Shown here: positions 1 to 14,266 of the stretch, in pieces
Layout: each line of letters begins with the position of its first letter
Numbering within the stretch: the stretch's first letter is position 1
Origin: Ophelia neglecta
Taxonomy: Eukaryota
Assembly (NCBI GenBank): GCA_965285935.1
Contig: OZ260666.1
Location: 7,068,001-7,132,000 of the forward strand
Length of the DNA stretch: 64,000 bases
Reading direction: 5' to 3'
Made by a program: the position numbers and the translations under genes
The notes under the pieces: generated by a model
The model's database searches: none
What the model saw: only the letters and a program-made list of their open reading frames with translations
What the model was told of the DNA's origin: nothing

Positions 1-1034
1 TTTATAACAGAATGGTTGCCCAGGGAACCTAGGGTTTTCGAACAAGGGGCTTGGCTATCATGGATGTTTACTATGCGTTGTTCCAGACGACATCGACCAC
101 TGTTTTATGTTCAATGGGGGGCTTGGCTATCGGGGGAGTTTAACTACAGTGTGTGCCAGTAAAACAAGCGCCTTAAAGGTTTTTTCCAGACTCCACACTG
201 GCGTGAAACACAAGGGGGGTTCGCCTTTACCCCGACTGCCCTCTCCGGCCTAGTTGACTTCAATGCTTGCTGTGACCTCTTTTCATTTTCATACTTTATA
301 CGAATTTGGCATTGAAGGTGTACATGAAGTCTTTTACTTCACCTTTCACGATATTCCACACCAGTATTGGTAAAATTCACCCCTAATTATATCCTGTCAG
401 CGAACATTCCATGTGTGAATGGTTAACAGTACTTTCCACTTCAGGGCTATTGGTGAAATGTCGAAGTGCAGGGGCAGCGAAGAAAGACATAAAACCTTAT
501 ATCAATGGAAAGGTTTGGACCTGTGGATCATTTTAGGGCTAGGTTTAGGGTTACTCAAGTCTCCTGCTGTGTCCAAACCCCAGATTTACCTCTGCTAAGC
601 AGGCGTAATTCCAATGATAATTAATAACCCGCTCCAGAATATACAAAGGCGGTAGACTTCTGGCAGATAAACATGAATCAACACCAGGAGTCGCAAGCAA
701 CTGGCCCGGCTTCTGCATTCCTCAGCTCCCAAATAGTAAATAAACTTGTCCTGTTATCAATAATAAAATCGACGTAATTAGCAATGAGGAGTAGTCAACA
801 GTTTTCCGTTATGCGAGTCAGAACACACATAAAACGCATCACTTGTCAAAGTAGAACAGGGGTGAATTGTACACAGAAGGGTCTACGGTGGACTAACATA
901 TAGCATTATTCTGGGCCGAACCATGAATTTTCTTAGTGAGTTAAATACTGGAAGATGATGTAAACGTCCCATGCATACTAAAGAGGAAAATGTTATCAAG
1001 GTAAATTTAGACGGCTTATAGTCTTGATTCAGGC

Positions 1035-1285
1035 AAGCCCTCACGACTTTGTAATTACCTCCCCGGTCACCGGACCTGCTTTGAACAGAGCATTCTCAAC
1101 TCCCCGCGGAACATACAACCTTTTCAGCGACTGTGGCTAAATGGCTTATCTATCAGTACAGGAGGTCAACTCTCTCCCAACGGGTACCCATATATGCTCC
1201 TGGGTGGAGAAAAGCACATAAGAGGTGAAGGTTTTTGCTCAAGGAACCACACCATGCTGCCGGCAGAGGGTCGAACCCTAGACAT
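1035..1285 (-). mobile_element. tRNA-derived CORE-type SINE
   Basis: Reverse complement has a box B-like GGGTTCGACC followed by a CORE-like domain (ccttgagcaaaaaccttcacctcttatgtgcttttctccacccaggagcatatatgggtacc). Confidence 0.7.
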
Positions 1286-2803
1286 TAAGGCCATGTTAGA
1301 ATTGTGCTACCTCCAGGTAAACTGACCCCAAAGAACTGGGATACATTAGTATGTAAGATCTGAATAGAACCAAAGAGTGTTTGACCCCCCCCCCACACAC
1401 ACACACACACACACCACCACCACCACCACCAGCATACCGAATCGGTCTTAGAAAGCTACACAGAAAGTGAGTGCTGCAGCTAGTTCTAATGCACACATGT
1501 AATACGATCGTTTTATTTGGAAATATGTTCACCGTTTATAAAAATATGAGAATCTTGATATAACTGACAGCTATATTGGATTTTGGTGTAAAGTCTGATC
1601 AGAACCAACGCGTGGAAATATATTTATATGGAAATGTGTTCCTTTTTTTTTAACATATGATAATCCTAATATCACTGACAGCTATAGGACAGGATTTTCT
1701 TGGCTGTCTCGGTAAGCCAAACCTGCCAATACCTTGTCTACATTTACACAAAAAATGCACTCAAGCCGCTGAGAAAATGTATAACCGTGAGTTGTATAAT
1801 GATATAGATTTTACCTAAAAGCATGAGTGGCAATGTAATTCGAAAATTGATACAATGGATCAGACCGAGGGCATATTACACGACGTGGAATGGCGCAAAT
1901 ATAGGACCGATTTGTTCTCCTGGTATGTAGATTACGAATTGATATATAAACACCATACTGGTGAATGAGTAATGGGAGAACCCTGGTAGGGAGGGACCCA
2001 CTGGCTCTATATACCAACCTTGAGTCTGACCCCAACTCGGGCGGAGTCTGGTATTAGAACATTATTGTAAGTACGCCGGTTCAGAAATCATGCTATATAA
2101 GGACTCCCATCTCAAAATTCTGCTTTATTACGTCCCCGGTCTCTACATTATGATGTGTGATGTTTGGTCCTCGATTTGTTATAATCCTAGGTTTGTTTTT
2201 TTTTTAACTCGGGGGGGACTGTACAGCCAGAGGGCACTATGTTCACATATAACTGCAAAAGTAGTCCATAGCTATATATGTTAATATTGGACAGAACTCA
2301 ACATATATAGCATAATGCACTGCGTGGAACAGTCATATCAAATCATTTAGGTGCTGTAAGGAATCCTACTTGCAATTATGAGATAAAATAACCGTAGGAT
2401 AGTGCGCTGATTGATTTATTTAGGTGCTGAAAACTGTAACTGCGTACTACTATTAATGTGGTGACGAGAACCATTATCCCACAAATATATGTCTAGTACT
2501 TTTTGCCCAGGGCGAACCTCAAACAAGTGCTTTGCAAACGCTTTTTTGTGCCTGCCGCCGGAGGCAAACTCGCCATTCACTTCTAAAGTGACAGCTAATC
2601 GTTTAATTTCTGAACTGTACGTCCCGAAAGGCAATGGATAATGTATTATCAACATAAGAGGTGAAGGTTCTTGCCCAAGGAACCACGCCGTGCTGCCGGC
2701 TTTCAGTTGGACATGCTAGAATTGTGCTACCTCGAGGTACACTGACTCCAAAGAATTCGGATACATTAGTATGTAAGATCTGAATAGAACCAAAGAGTGT
2801 TTG

Positions 2804-2834
<31 letters not shown>

Positions 2835-4103
2835 ACATCACCACCACCAGCATACCGAATCGGTCTCAGAAAGCCACACAGAAAGTGAGTGCTGCAGCTA
2901 ATTCTAATGCACACATGTAATACGATCGTTTTATTTGGAAATATGTTCACCGTTTATAAAAATATGAGAATCTTGATATAACTGACAGCTATATTGGATT
3001 TTCGTGTAAAGTCTGATCACAACCAACGCGTGGAAATATATTTATATGGAAATATGTTCCCTTTTTTTAAACATATGGTAATCCTAATATCACTGACAGC
3101 TTTAGAACAGGATTTTCATGGCTGTCTCGGTAAGCCAAACCTGCCAATAACTTGGCTACATTTACACACACAAAAATGCACTCAAGCCGCTGAGAAAATA
3201 TATAACCGTGAGTTTTATGGGCATAAAAATGATATAGATTTTGTCTAAAAGCATGAGTGGCAATGTAAATCGAAAATTGATACATTGGATCAGACCGAGA
3301 GCATATTACACGACGTGGAATGGCGCAAATATAGGACCGATTTGTTCTCCTGGTATGTAGATTACGAATTGATATATAAACACCATATTGGTGAATAAGT
3401 AATGGGAGAACCCTGGTTGGGAGGACCCCCTGGCTCTATATACCAAACTTGAGTCTGACCCCAACTCCGGAGTCTGGTATTAGAACATTATTGTAAGTAC
3501 GCCGGTTCAGAAATCATGCTATATAAGGGCTCCCATCTCAAAATTCTGCTTTATTACGTCCCCGGTCTCTACATTATGATGTGTGACTTTTAGTCCTCGA
3601 TTTGTTATAATCCTAGGTTTTTTCTTTTAACTCGGGGGAACTGTACAGCCAGAGGGCCCTATGTTCACATATAACTGCAAAAGTAGTCCATAGCTATATA
3701 TGTTAATATTGGACAGAACTCAACATATATAGCATAATGCACTGCGTGGAACAGTCATATCAAATCATTTAGGTGCTGTAAGGAATCCTACTTGCAATTA
3801 TGAGATAAAATAAGCGTATGATAGTGCGCTGATTGATTTATTTAGGTGCTGAAGACTGTAACTGTGTACTACTATAAATGTGGTGACGAGAACCTTTATC
3901 CCACAAATACGCGTCTAGTACTGTTTGCATTAGGGCGAACCTCAGACAAGTGCTTTGCAAACGCTTTTTTGTGCCTGCCGCCGGAGGCAAACTCAACATT
4001 CACTTCTAAAGTGACAGCTAATCGTTTAATTTCAGAACTGAACGTCCCGAAAGGCAATGGATAATGTATTATCTACATAAGAGGTGAAGGTTCTTGCCCA
4101 AGG
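1216..4103. repeat. Recent tandem duplication, ~1.43 kb unit x2
   Basis: 1216-2651 and 2652-4074 are near-identical. The junction string acataagaggtgaaggtt(t/c)ttgc(t/c)caagg recurs at 1216, 2652 and 4075. Confidence 0.95.
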
Positions 4104-4137
4104 TTTATCAACCGGCGCTTTCCTGCAGTTACTAGTT

Positions 4138-4296
4138 CAGTGAAAGCTGTGAGTTGAGAGAACCACAAAACTGGAAAATACTGGTTTGAATATAGAGGTG
4201 GTCTGATTAGAGAGATTGTTTTATACATTGAAATGTAACAGTAAACTAATAGGCGCTCTGAATATAGAGGTGGTTTTTGGGGCAGGTTAATATGTA
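4138..4296. mobile_element. Degenerate MITE (CAGTGAAAC-terminus family)
   Basis: Shares internal motifs (ctggaaaatactggt, tatagaggtggtct, tacattgaaa) with the copies at 19417 and 24473. Confidence 0.7.
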
Positions 4297-6099
4297 CACC
4301 ACTAAAACATTTTATTTAAGGCATAAAAACCGAGGGAATTCTCTCAGAAATTGTGGCCCAACTCAGCTAGGTAAACGCAATCTGTCGAAGACCCTTTAAA
4401 TGTCACGAGAACGTTGTCATGGTTACCAATGACCTATGTCTGACGTGTGTGCTGTTCGCCATCTTTCATGTCACGACAGATTAGTGGAGTTTAACATATA
4501 ACATTGACACCCTAGACAAGGGTACACGGTGAGGCAAACTCCCTAGAATACAAACTATACAGGACCGATTTGAGCGACGTCAGATGGAAGAAGACGATAA
4601 CCTGGCCAGCTTATAGTTGTATATTTGTAAAGTTTAAGCGAATATTTTACTTAAAGAATGGTGGATCAAGTAACTGGTAAGGGTTGGAAGTTTGGGAAGA
4701 TCATGCAAGAGCCAAGTTTTTTTTAAGCATATGGCATGTGACGCATTACCAGCAAGGATACCTTCCAAGACGGAAATAAACTTAAGCTTTCTTTATGAAA
4801 TGGCATGTATTGTGCTTATAATAAATATTAGGCAGACTGTTAACTATAATTGTTGTTTTGTTCTTTAAAAGCAAAACGCATTTTAAACTAACAAATTACA
4901 AATGTCCTTTCGATAATTCAATCCAGATTTATAATCCATTTTAAGTAGATCGTTTTGGGAGCTGATCTCTGATTAAATATTTAACGCCCAGTGACATGTG
5001 ACCTACGCTCGCACACAACTGATAAATTCTGTTTACCACCGGATGTTGCAGACAATTTCTTCCTGTGGCCGGGTGACAAACGATAGTCTACAGGAAGGGA
5101 CTGTTGATGTTGCCGGTAATATGCATACAACATTTACGTAATAAATGATCAAGTGGAAATAGTTCATGACAGTTTTAAAGAATGTGGTCAGACCATGAAT
5201 TACAAAATGTGACAATTATTTAATAAACTGAAGACACCAGACGGAAACAAAGACGCCTTACAACTATTTTGTTGAGTGTTTACTATATGTAATATTATAA
5301 TGGCACAATCAACTTTCTTTCAACATTGTGTCGGTTGATACAAAGGCAGTCTATATTTAGTGAGAAACATCTAGAGGGTGAGTATAAAATGATCTTCTAT
5401 GTATAATGAAATTGTCGAAAAGCAGGACATTGTTGGTCGATTTGCACAAGCTTGCCAATATTAAGAACACGGGTTCACTGTCTACTCACTGTCATCCTAC
5501 TGTCTACCCTCACATTGTTTTGGGTGCAAAGGAGGACAGTTTGATGAAGTGCGTTCGGTGAGGGCACATATATTAAGGTCCACCGTCTGCACATCGTTCG
5601 AACTTTCACGCCTTTTTAAATGACGTTGTATATTTACAACCATGTAGATAATACAGGAGGTCAGCAACTAGACCTAGACTCCATCAATGTATATTTAAAC
5701 CGTTTATTTTGACCATTACCCACCGATGGGTTTAGCCCAAGGCAACCATAATACGTTTAGCTTCAGACCACGGTAAAGTGTTTAGCTCCAGCCCAGGATA
5801 ATGAAGTACAATGCCGCTATGAAACAACATTCTTGTGATAACTAACCTCACTGAAATTCCCAATTTAATGCCAATGATTTGAATCATGCAAATTTCAAAC
5901 AAAGTAACGCTGGGCAACCAGGTAGATGAACAGCAGATAACGCCGACTTAGGATCCCATTATCAAAGCTATACATCAATCACTTGTTGAGAGTGCTATAT
6001 ACTGATTCACTGTTGAGAGTGGATTAGGGGTTATTGGAGTCGTGTTGTACGTTGCCTCCTGGGAAACAGACCCAATTGTTTTTACTCTCTGATGGACAA

Positions 6100-9000
6100 G
6101 ATAGGTTATATCAGGGAATAACCGGGAACGTCGCTATAACCGTGAAATTCACGAAAAAGTCCTGCTAAGCCCTACTTGCTCCGGGAACCCACCCTTAGTC
6201 CTTACTCAGGGGGGAAAGTCGATATCAATAGAATAGGGTGCAATATGATTCTTGAATCATTCAGGATTATCGAGGAATGAACAGGCTATAAACAGCACTT
6301 CTATCACAAATGTGTACCAGAAACTAGTGGCGCTTGGAAACATCCGCTTCCAGCGTATATCGTGGTCGGTACTGACTAACACTATTTGTCAATGACAAAT
6401 ACAATTTGCCTAGGCTCTACAGCGTGCCAACTCATTTTGACAAGCATAAAGACACTCGTAAGGTCGGCATCTCGCCATCAGTCATACCAATTGAGGGTTC
6501 CAGAGGGCATTGAAATGTTGGGTGTTTGGCGATAATCTGAAAGTCACTAAGTTGAATATATTCCTCAAATGGCTTTTATTGACCGTAAGTAGCAAGACAC
6601 TATAGTGTTGAGTTTCATATGATATGAACTCTATATTACAGCAAATGGTCCTGGATACAATTTATATTGTGTTCGTATCAGAAGACACTAAGTTTCACTT
6701 TTCCCTTTACTATGTATATTTCTCGCTAATAACACCAAACGTTTATTATGCAACAACCAGGGCCGATTATAGCCTTATTTGATGCGGTCATTTTGCTAAT
6801 GAACTCGCAGTTACAACTAGAGATTGGGAAGAGAGGACGTGAATGACTGTAGAATCACCTTAGTTAAGACAAGATGATTACTAACCCTCTTATTAGCTTA
6901 CTGTAAACACAGACATTACGCAGAAAGGACAAGTTTGAGAATCACATTTCAGCATATATTTGAATTTCCTCGCTGGGCAGGAATTGAGATTTCCAACAGC
7001 AAAAACGGATACTAAGATAACCAGCAAACCAGACATAACGCATGCAGCGAATTTGCCAGAAATAAGATAACATTTCATGCTCGTGGAAATGTCCTGATAT
7101 AGATTCGGGTTGGTTTGGGATATAGCACAGAAGGTAAAGGGGCATGGATCTTTATGCAGAGTGGTGGTACCGCAAGGGTCGTGGGTTCGAATCCAAGCCC
7201 ATTCAAAAATCACCTGAGGTTTCCAATAAATCTATTTTAAGATTTGACATTTCCGCTGTATATTTAATAATGAAAAAAAAAACCCGATTCTGCATTGATT
7301 TCTATAATTGCAAATATATATTATTTATATTACATTACTATTATTACAAAACCATATTTCCAATTAAAAGTGCTGGGTTCAATTACGCCTTTAGTACACG
7401 TACACTTCAAAAATCCAATTTAATTTTCAGGATGCTTTGAGGGGTGGTCTACAGAACCTACGTGTTTGTTATCTTGCCAGGATTCTTTCCTAACGTCCAG
7501 TCCGATGTTTATAACATTTTTAGTTCAGGAACTGTTAGGACTACGTTTACAATTGATGCTATGAGATTTCTTCTGAATTATTAGGCGGGTTACCGTTACG
7601 CCCTTAAGGTGGACGAGACCATCATTAGTCTAGACAAGTCTCCCTCTAGCGGTAATGATGCCAATCATAGGTCAATTGTGCGAAGTGGTCACTTCCGTCG
7701 GTAACGAGCAAATTTAATTAAGCCAATTTGTCATAATCATAACTGTTGACACAGATCTAACTCCTTATAACCATGATTGGCGTAACTAGTCATGTTGTGA
7801 TCGTTATGCTTCTTAGAAACCAACTATCTGGTACCGGGCCGATGGAGGTAGGGGAGAGGTTATTCAAACATAAATTAATATAACTCATTTTCGCTTTAGT
7901 TTCCATCACATATACGTACTTTCTAAATTGATAAATACATTGATAAAGCACCCTTCGACCCCCCCCCCCAAAAAAATACTACTAAGTCCTGTCAGAGTGC
8001 AAAACATATATTTTAATTGTCTGAATGACAGGGCCCTTGTGCCGACCCCCCCCCCCCACCACATACACACACCACACACCCAAGTCTACCCTACCCCATC
8101 CCTCCGTTTGGTGATGTGTTGATACACCAATATCAAGGCGAACTAAATGCCGGCGATTTCTCTATTGTTATTACATCGCTTTAACTCAAGCAGTAAAAAT
8201 TCTCGCAGGAAAGAAATGGCATTTTGCAAGATTTCCAATTGTGTCGTTGAAGGCTGGCGAGTATTTCCAGTACATTTAGTTTGCCCTTGCGGTATTTCCC
8301 TGTGGTGTAAACTCATCACAATAATGCCTGATCACAGGCGTACTGGCAACATCCAATTATCCCTCTCGAGTTAACACGGGACTTGCGTCTCCCTGACATT
8401 CTACATCACGTTTACACATGAGGCTGAGGAGAACAGAAACGATAAAAAATCGCTCGCTGGACAGCAGTGAAGAAGTTTCTCATGTGGCCAGTTCGTAAAT
8501 GTATTCTAAATCACTTCCAGTAAAACTACAGGATTATATGTTTGCATTGCTTCCCTTATTTCAGGAACAAATGCAGTAGTTAAAACCAACTCGCTTACGT
8601 TCTATATGTAATTTTTCACGGGTACGGTTTAAGTAATAAATTGTCGCAAACAGGAAAATTTGGTGAATAATATTTCACCATATAGGCCTATTGAGGACAT
8701 TAATATCAGGGGCTGACTACTCGTAGGAATATATTTTCATGTAAAAATTTCCAAGTAATATGTTTTCACACGTGATGATTTTCAGAAAACCTCACGTTTT
8801 CTTGACGTGTTCAAGACATATACCTTTACAAGAGAACTACATTCGAGGAAATGCATTTCCTAAGCCACAACAATGCCATTTGATGATCTTACCACTTGTT
8901 TTGTCTTTGGCTGGAAAACAACGAACTGGTACTGCTGTCCTGCCTGATGAATTACGACCAGCTTTTTAATCACCAGTCGTTAACACCGGCACTGATTAAC

Positions 9001-10300
9001 GTGTTGTTGAAGGAATGTAGCTCGGGTAGTAATCGATATTAATTTGCTCCATGGAGTGAGTCAAGTGAGCAATTCTTTGATTTTTTCGGTCAAAGCAATC
9101 TTGTCATATTAGCGTGTGTGTTTAAAGCTATATAATTTTAATTCAGTCGTTTTCATGGTAGCCAGGTTCACTGTTGCCAACATGTAATATATTTCAATTG
9201 CTCTTGCTTGTCGCTCGACACCCTTCAATCAAGAAGGCGCTCAGGCTGGCTTATATCAAGTACACAAGTAGTTGAGCAGTCTTATATAGCAATTCTATTT
9301 TATTTGTTCAAACTCCATTAAAGGGACCTTCGCTGCATGATGGCATCGCACTAAGCTTACTAAAGATTCAGAAGACAGTGCCTCCCACCTATAGAAGGAA
9401 TTCTGAAATCGATTGCAAACTATTTTTTGATGTAAGCATCAAATGATCGTCTATACCAGTAAAAATAGGCAATGATTGTGTGAGGCCGGTGTTACAAATG
9501 ACAAATTGAACATTTTTGTATTTTACTTAAGTTTCTGTGCCAAATTTGTTTTAAATTCTCAATGCTTGATACGTTTATTAAGCATAAACAGCACTTAACA
9601 CCCTTAAATTATGTTAAGAAAGCGTGGTGCACAAATATACTCCGCTTCTTCGTTACTTTATTTTTTAACAATAGCCACTCCAATACTCATTAAAAGTAGA
9701 GCCTTGAACTACACAACAGAATCACCCATCTTCCTTATTCCAATGTTACTAAAATGTAGGCGTATTTCGTTTTTGCCTATGCAACCAAGCTGTGAAACTT
9801 GATAGATAGAAAACATAGATTTGCTCATTGTGGGAATTGCTTTTAATGGACGAGAAGCCCCCAAGAAACAGAAGCAATAGATTAGTTTGACATTTAGGTG
9901 TGACGTATTTAGGTCCCGAGCGATAAAAGAAGCAGTGGTCCGATACCTTTGACGGTATAATTTTATTAGTGGAAGAAATTCATTTCCATTACATTGCACC
10001 TTCCAGGCCGCAACAGCAGCTAAATGAATTAAGCGTGTTAAGTTCATGGCAGCTCCCTGGATCCATTGAAATTAATAACTTAAAGTTCTATGTGCTGGCG
10101 ACAATGCCTACTTCTAACATAAAAAGGGAAATAGAGGAAAAAAGTTGTAAAACATGGGCCTCGGGATAGGCTTTTGTCAATGTCTCAGCGGCCACACACC
10201 CCTGAGCGGCCGTTGCATGTTTTGTGGTAGACACATTTATCTAGTCTCAAATGTGTCTGAGAGTTTAGTCCGTTAGAGACTCTCCTAGGGCATTTTCTTT
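6100..10300 (-). pseudogene. Decayed TRPM2-like copy B
   Basis: LGCIGKN (ORF 9709-10047; cf. WG.I.N); AFLIEG (~9225); LDVASTPVI and QLEILQNAISFLREFLL (8190-8360; MHR3/4); LLVILVSVFAVG (ORF 6893-7213; S5); VSNHLVLTKVILQSF and RPLFP (~6825-6885; S6/TRP); KLYPG (~6655). Confidence 0.55.
7117..7205 (+). mobile_element. tRNA-like SINE head or tRNA pseudogene
   Basis: Box A-like tagcacagaagg and box B gggttcgaatcc; no clean cloverleaf. Confidence 0.5.
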
Positions 10301-10599
10301 CTCGTGCAGATTTACATAACAAGTCCCGCTGTTCAGATGGGTGTATCAGACAGTATAAAGTATTGCTCACAAAGAAATGGGTTTTAACTTTGTCGTAGTT
10401 TACAAGTTTGTATCGTTGGCTTCAAAGCATGATCAGCTTTTTTCTGAATAATGAAATGACTAGTACATTTAAGTACATGTCTTACATAAACTTATTACTA
10501 CTTATTAAGACCAGCCGTTCAGATAGGTATATCTGACAAAAAATCCCAGTAGTGATCACCTAGAAAATGGGTTTTGATTTTATATTTGTATTATTTCGA

Positions 10600-13500
10600 G
10601 AGCCTCTGACTGGGCTTTTGTCAAGCCGTGGTGCTAACTTGCACGTTTACACCTTAATCTTTGGCTATACCACATCGAGGCAGTTTTCAGAAATCAGATG
10701 CCAATAATGGGAGAATTAGGCGAAATGCCCAATTCTGTCGGTAACGACCAAATTTCATTAAGCAACGGTACCATGATCATGACCAGTACGGGTTATTATT
10801 AATACCATAATTCTCTTTTCTTTCTTAAGACGTTTATATCAACATTCTCTGAAACAGAGGCTGCTTTCGGTGTTTTATAGTTCATTGAAAATACAAGTTC
10901 CGTATATTGATTATAACGGATATTTCATTTATATCAGAAGAACCCCATCTACGCGAGGGTACAAATAGATCAAACTCGTGGCTACTCGAGGAACCAACAT
11001 TTAGGTACCATACTGATGGAGGAGGGGTGGTGAGTCTGCTCAAAATCGAATACAAATAATTATCAGGGCTTCATCAAAACATAGTTGTTCTCCTGAATGC
11101 ATACAAACTGTTATCTTCTTGGACTAAAACTTTATTAAAGCCGTTAAATTATTGTTGTCACTTCTTTCTCCGTCCCAATAAATCCCTGCTTTACTGCTCG
11201 AGTGAAACACATATATAGTAACATTCTGGATGCCAAGTCCTCTTCCTCTTCCTTTCTTTACCCCCCCCCCCTTCCGTTACCACGCTTTCCCCTAACCTAT
11301 CGCCTCCCCTCGGTGCCTTTTGTAGATACATCAATATTCATACGAATGATATGCTGGCCATTTCTCTATTATTATTAAACCGCTGTGCAATTCAGGCGTT
11401 GAAAAATGCCGCAGGACAAAACTAGCGTTTGGCAAGATTGCCAAGTGTGTCATTCAATGCTAACAAGTTTTTCCAGTCCATTTAGTTGCCCTTGCTACAT
11501 TTCCCTGTGGTGTTAACTCATCACAATATTGCCTGAACACAGGCATACTGGCGACATCCAATTATTACCTCCCATGTTAACATGAGTTTGGCGTCTCCCT
11601 GACATTGTATATCACGTATACGCATGAGCCTTGGGAGAACATGGATGATAAAAAATAGCTAGACAGTAGACAGTGAAGCCGGGAAGGAGTTTCTCTTGTG
11701 GCCAGTTGACAAATTATTCTGAATCAATTTAAATCTACACTACAACCTGCAACGGGTTATATGGTTGTGTTGCGTTCCTTTTTTAAGGTACAAATCCTGG
11801 AGATGTTAGTTAAAATCATGTGGCTCTCGGACTATTTTAATTTTAATTGTCCGCTGTTAGCCATGAATTGTCACAAACAGGATAATTTGGTGGCTAACAT
11901 TACACAAGATAATAGCGACATTTACCTCTGGCGATGCCTTCACGTCGGAAAATATTTTTAAGTGGAATTGCTCCAAGTATGAAGTTCCGTGAATAGTTTC
12001 CGTGCGAGAACTTTGGCCTTATTCACGTGTATAAGACTGATTCGTGTTTCAAGCGGAACTACCTTTCAGGAAATGTAGTCTATAAAATACATCAAAGCCA
12101 TTTGGTGACCTTACATCGGTTTTATTTTGTTTGCCGTTGGCTGAATCCCACAAACTGTTACGGCTGTGCTGCCTGCCAATTGCCTGCCATCTTTTCAATT
12201 TCAACTATTTATTCCTCACACCAACACTGATTAACGTGCTGTTGAAAACAGCCAGGAACTTGGCTCAATCTGTGATTGACTTTAGATTGCTCCATGAAGT
12301 GAGTGAAGTACGCAATGCTAAGATTCTTTTGGCCAAGGTACTCTCATCATATGTACTTTTTTGTAGATAAACTCATCAAGCCCCTTCATTTTAGACAGAT
12401 TTTATTGGTTTTTCAACATGTAATTAATTTCTATTGCTCTTGCCAGTCACTCGCCTGCCTTCAAACAGAAAGGCGCCGAGACCTGCTAATGCCGGGTACA
12501 CGAAGCATTGAGTAGTCTGAGCTTATAAAGCAATATTCCATTCTATCAGTTCAAACGCCGTTAGAGGCACCTTAGCTGTTTAGTTTCAATTCAGTTGGGT
12601 TTCGGAGATACAACATGCATTTTTGTCAGTGATTTCCCTCTAATATGGGAATCCTAAGCCGAAGGAAAATTTGAAATTAGGCGATTGCCTTTGGAGGTAG
12701 GTGTTACAAAGCATCATTAAGACATGAATGTACTTGCCTCACGTACACGTGCTTATCACTTCTCCACAAAATTAATAATTTTATTGAGCATACTCATCAA
12801 ATATTCGTTTATATTTAGGTTAAGAAGCCCGAACATATAACCTTTCGTAGTGATGATAACCTTTGAATATTAACCTGGACCAATATCAACTAAACATTAA
12901 ATCTTAAGCTGCAAAATAGAATCGTATATCGTAACATGTAGCTATATTCGAACACCTGTTTTTCCTGATGAAACCAAATATTAAAATTCATAAGAAAAAC
13001 TATGACCTAGAGATGCTCATTATGGCAATTGCGCTTTAAATAACTGTCGGGTATTAAAGAGCCCTCGAGATGAAATGGACTGGTTTAGCATTTAGGTATG
13101 ACGTACTGTGACGTGTAAGTCTAGAGCGATAACATTAGCAGTAACCCATTACCTTTTACGGTTAAATTTCATTAGTGGGAGAAAATAATTCCACCGCTCC
13201 CTTCCAGCCCGGGCTTTAGCTAAACGAATTAACCCTGTTAAGTTCAGGGCAGCTATCTAGATCCATTGAAATCAATAACTTAAAGCTCAATGTACAGGCG
13301 ACAATGCCTCCTTCTAACATAAAGGAGGAAAGAGGCTGGAGTTGAGGCTGGAGTTGTACATCACGGGCCTCGAGATAGGCGTTTGTCAGTCCATCGTCGA
13401 CCATCTTACCCATGAGACACCGCGGCATTTTGTTTTGTGGTGGGCAAATATATCTCGAGTCAAATGAGTGTGAGAGCTTAGTCCATCAAAGACTCTCCTA
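10600..13500 (-). pseudogene. Decayed TRPM-like copy C (N-terminal MHR1-4), older tandem duplicate of copy B
   Basis: Collinear with 7657-10290 (e.g. gtcggtaacga.caaattt, tttccctgtggtgt.aactcatcacaata, atccattgaaat.aataacttaaag). Minus-strand motifs KLMLTW..LDVASMPVF (~11535-11590; cf. L.LA..WNR.DIA...IF), LAILPNASFVLRHF (~11402-11444), AFLFEGRRVT (~12445-12476). Confidence 0.6.
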
Positions 13501-14266
13501 TTATCTCATCATCGTCCTGCTCGTGCCGCTGAATCATTTATGTCGTCTGGCTCGCATCATGGAAAACTGTTGGCACGTTCTCATTACAAGTGTTCAAAGA
13601 ATGCTTTGTAAGTTTAATTCTGTCATATTCCTTGTTTCTGCTAGGCTTTGATATGTGCAGTTCTGCAGTTGCTGTTTCCTGAAGGACGCCGTGGAAACAG
13701 TGTCCATAAAAATTAACTGTCCATTACATTAAAGATATATTATGAACATTAGACACAGGAGAGAGGAATTTGATTAAAATACGTGGATGGTCATCGAATT
13801 AATTAAAGTTATATAACTTATTTTTTGTTGCTTCATGAAATGTAGTTTTTGAAATTGCAATTGTGGTTATAATGGGAAACATATTCTGATCCAAGTTTTC
13901 AAACAGGAACTAAGGTGTACGGGAAATCCCTACTTATTTTGTTCAGTTTTTGGGATCTCAATCTGCAGTGTACTTAGCGAAACTGTCATGGCCGTGTTAG
14001 GTGTGTGAGTGATTCAAACTGGTTAAATATTAGGAATGAATGAAATCATGTGTTTTATGAAGAAATATATATTTTTATTAGTCCATACGTTTAAGTATAA
14101 TATAACAACAAGTAATCATTGAATTATTTTAGATATTATTATATGACTGTCGACTATCGCTGGTCTTATTTCACTTTGCCATATTACGATTTAATATCTG
14201 CTGATACCCACAATTCATATTAAAAATAAAGTGCTAAATATAATCTGTGCATTATATTTGTTTCAG

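Larger units (their letters stand above)
1..5965 (-). pseudogene. Decayed TRPM2-like copy A (SLOG to start of NUDT9-H; runs off the left edge), interrupted by a SINE, a tandem duplication and a MITE
   Basis: Minus-strand motifs in TRPM order: WDPK (~5950); LSWAGAKHF (~5775-5800; cf. TRPM2 ISVTGGAKNF); LSHFVI and VNVVCIL (ORF 5033-5215); NHDNVLVTFK (~4400); NKTIVLHV and SLVLFRSYIL (ORF 1296-1532); RLHHLPVF..GP-RIML (~905-970; S4-S5 linker); VYLLFG (~730); VPW (~25). Many stops and frameshifts. Confidence 0.6.

Noticed and set aside
7117-7205. Functional tRNA gene
   Set aside because: A and B boxes are present, but the acceptor and anticodon stems do not pair and there is no oligo-T terminator; treated as a SINE or tRNA relic.
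7752-7763. miR-750-like word cagatctaactc; also miR-10-like taccctgtaga near 52063
   Set aside because: Only 11-12 nt match, the 3' halves differ, and there is no hairpin.
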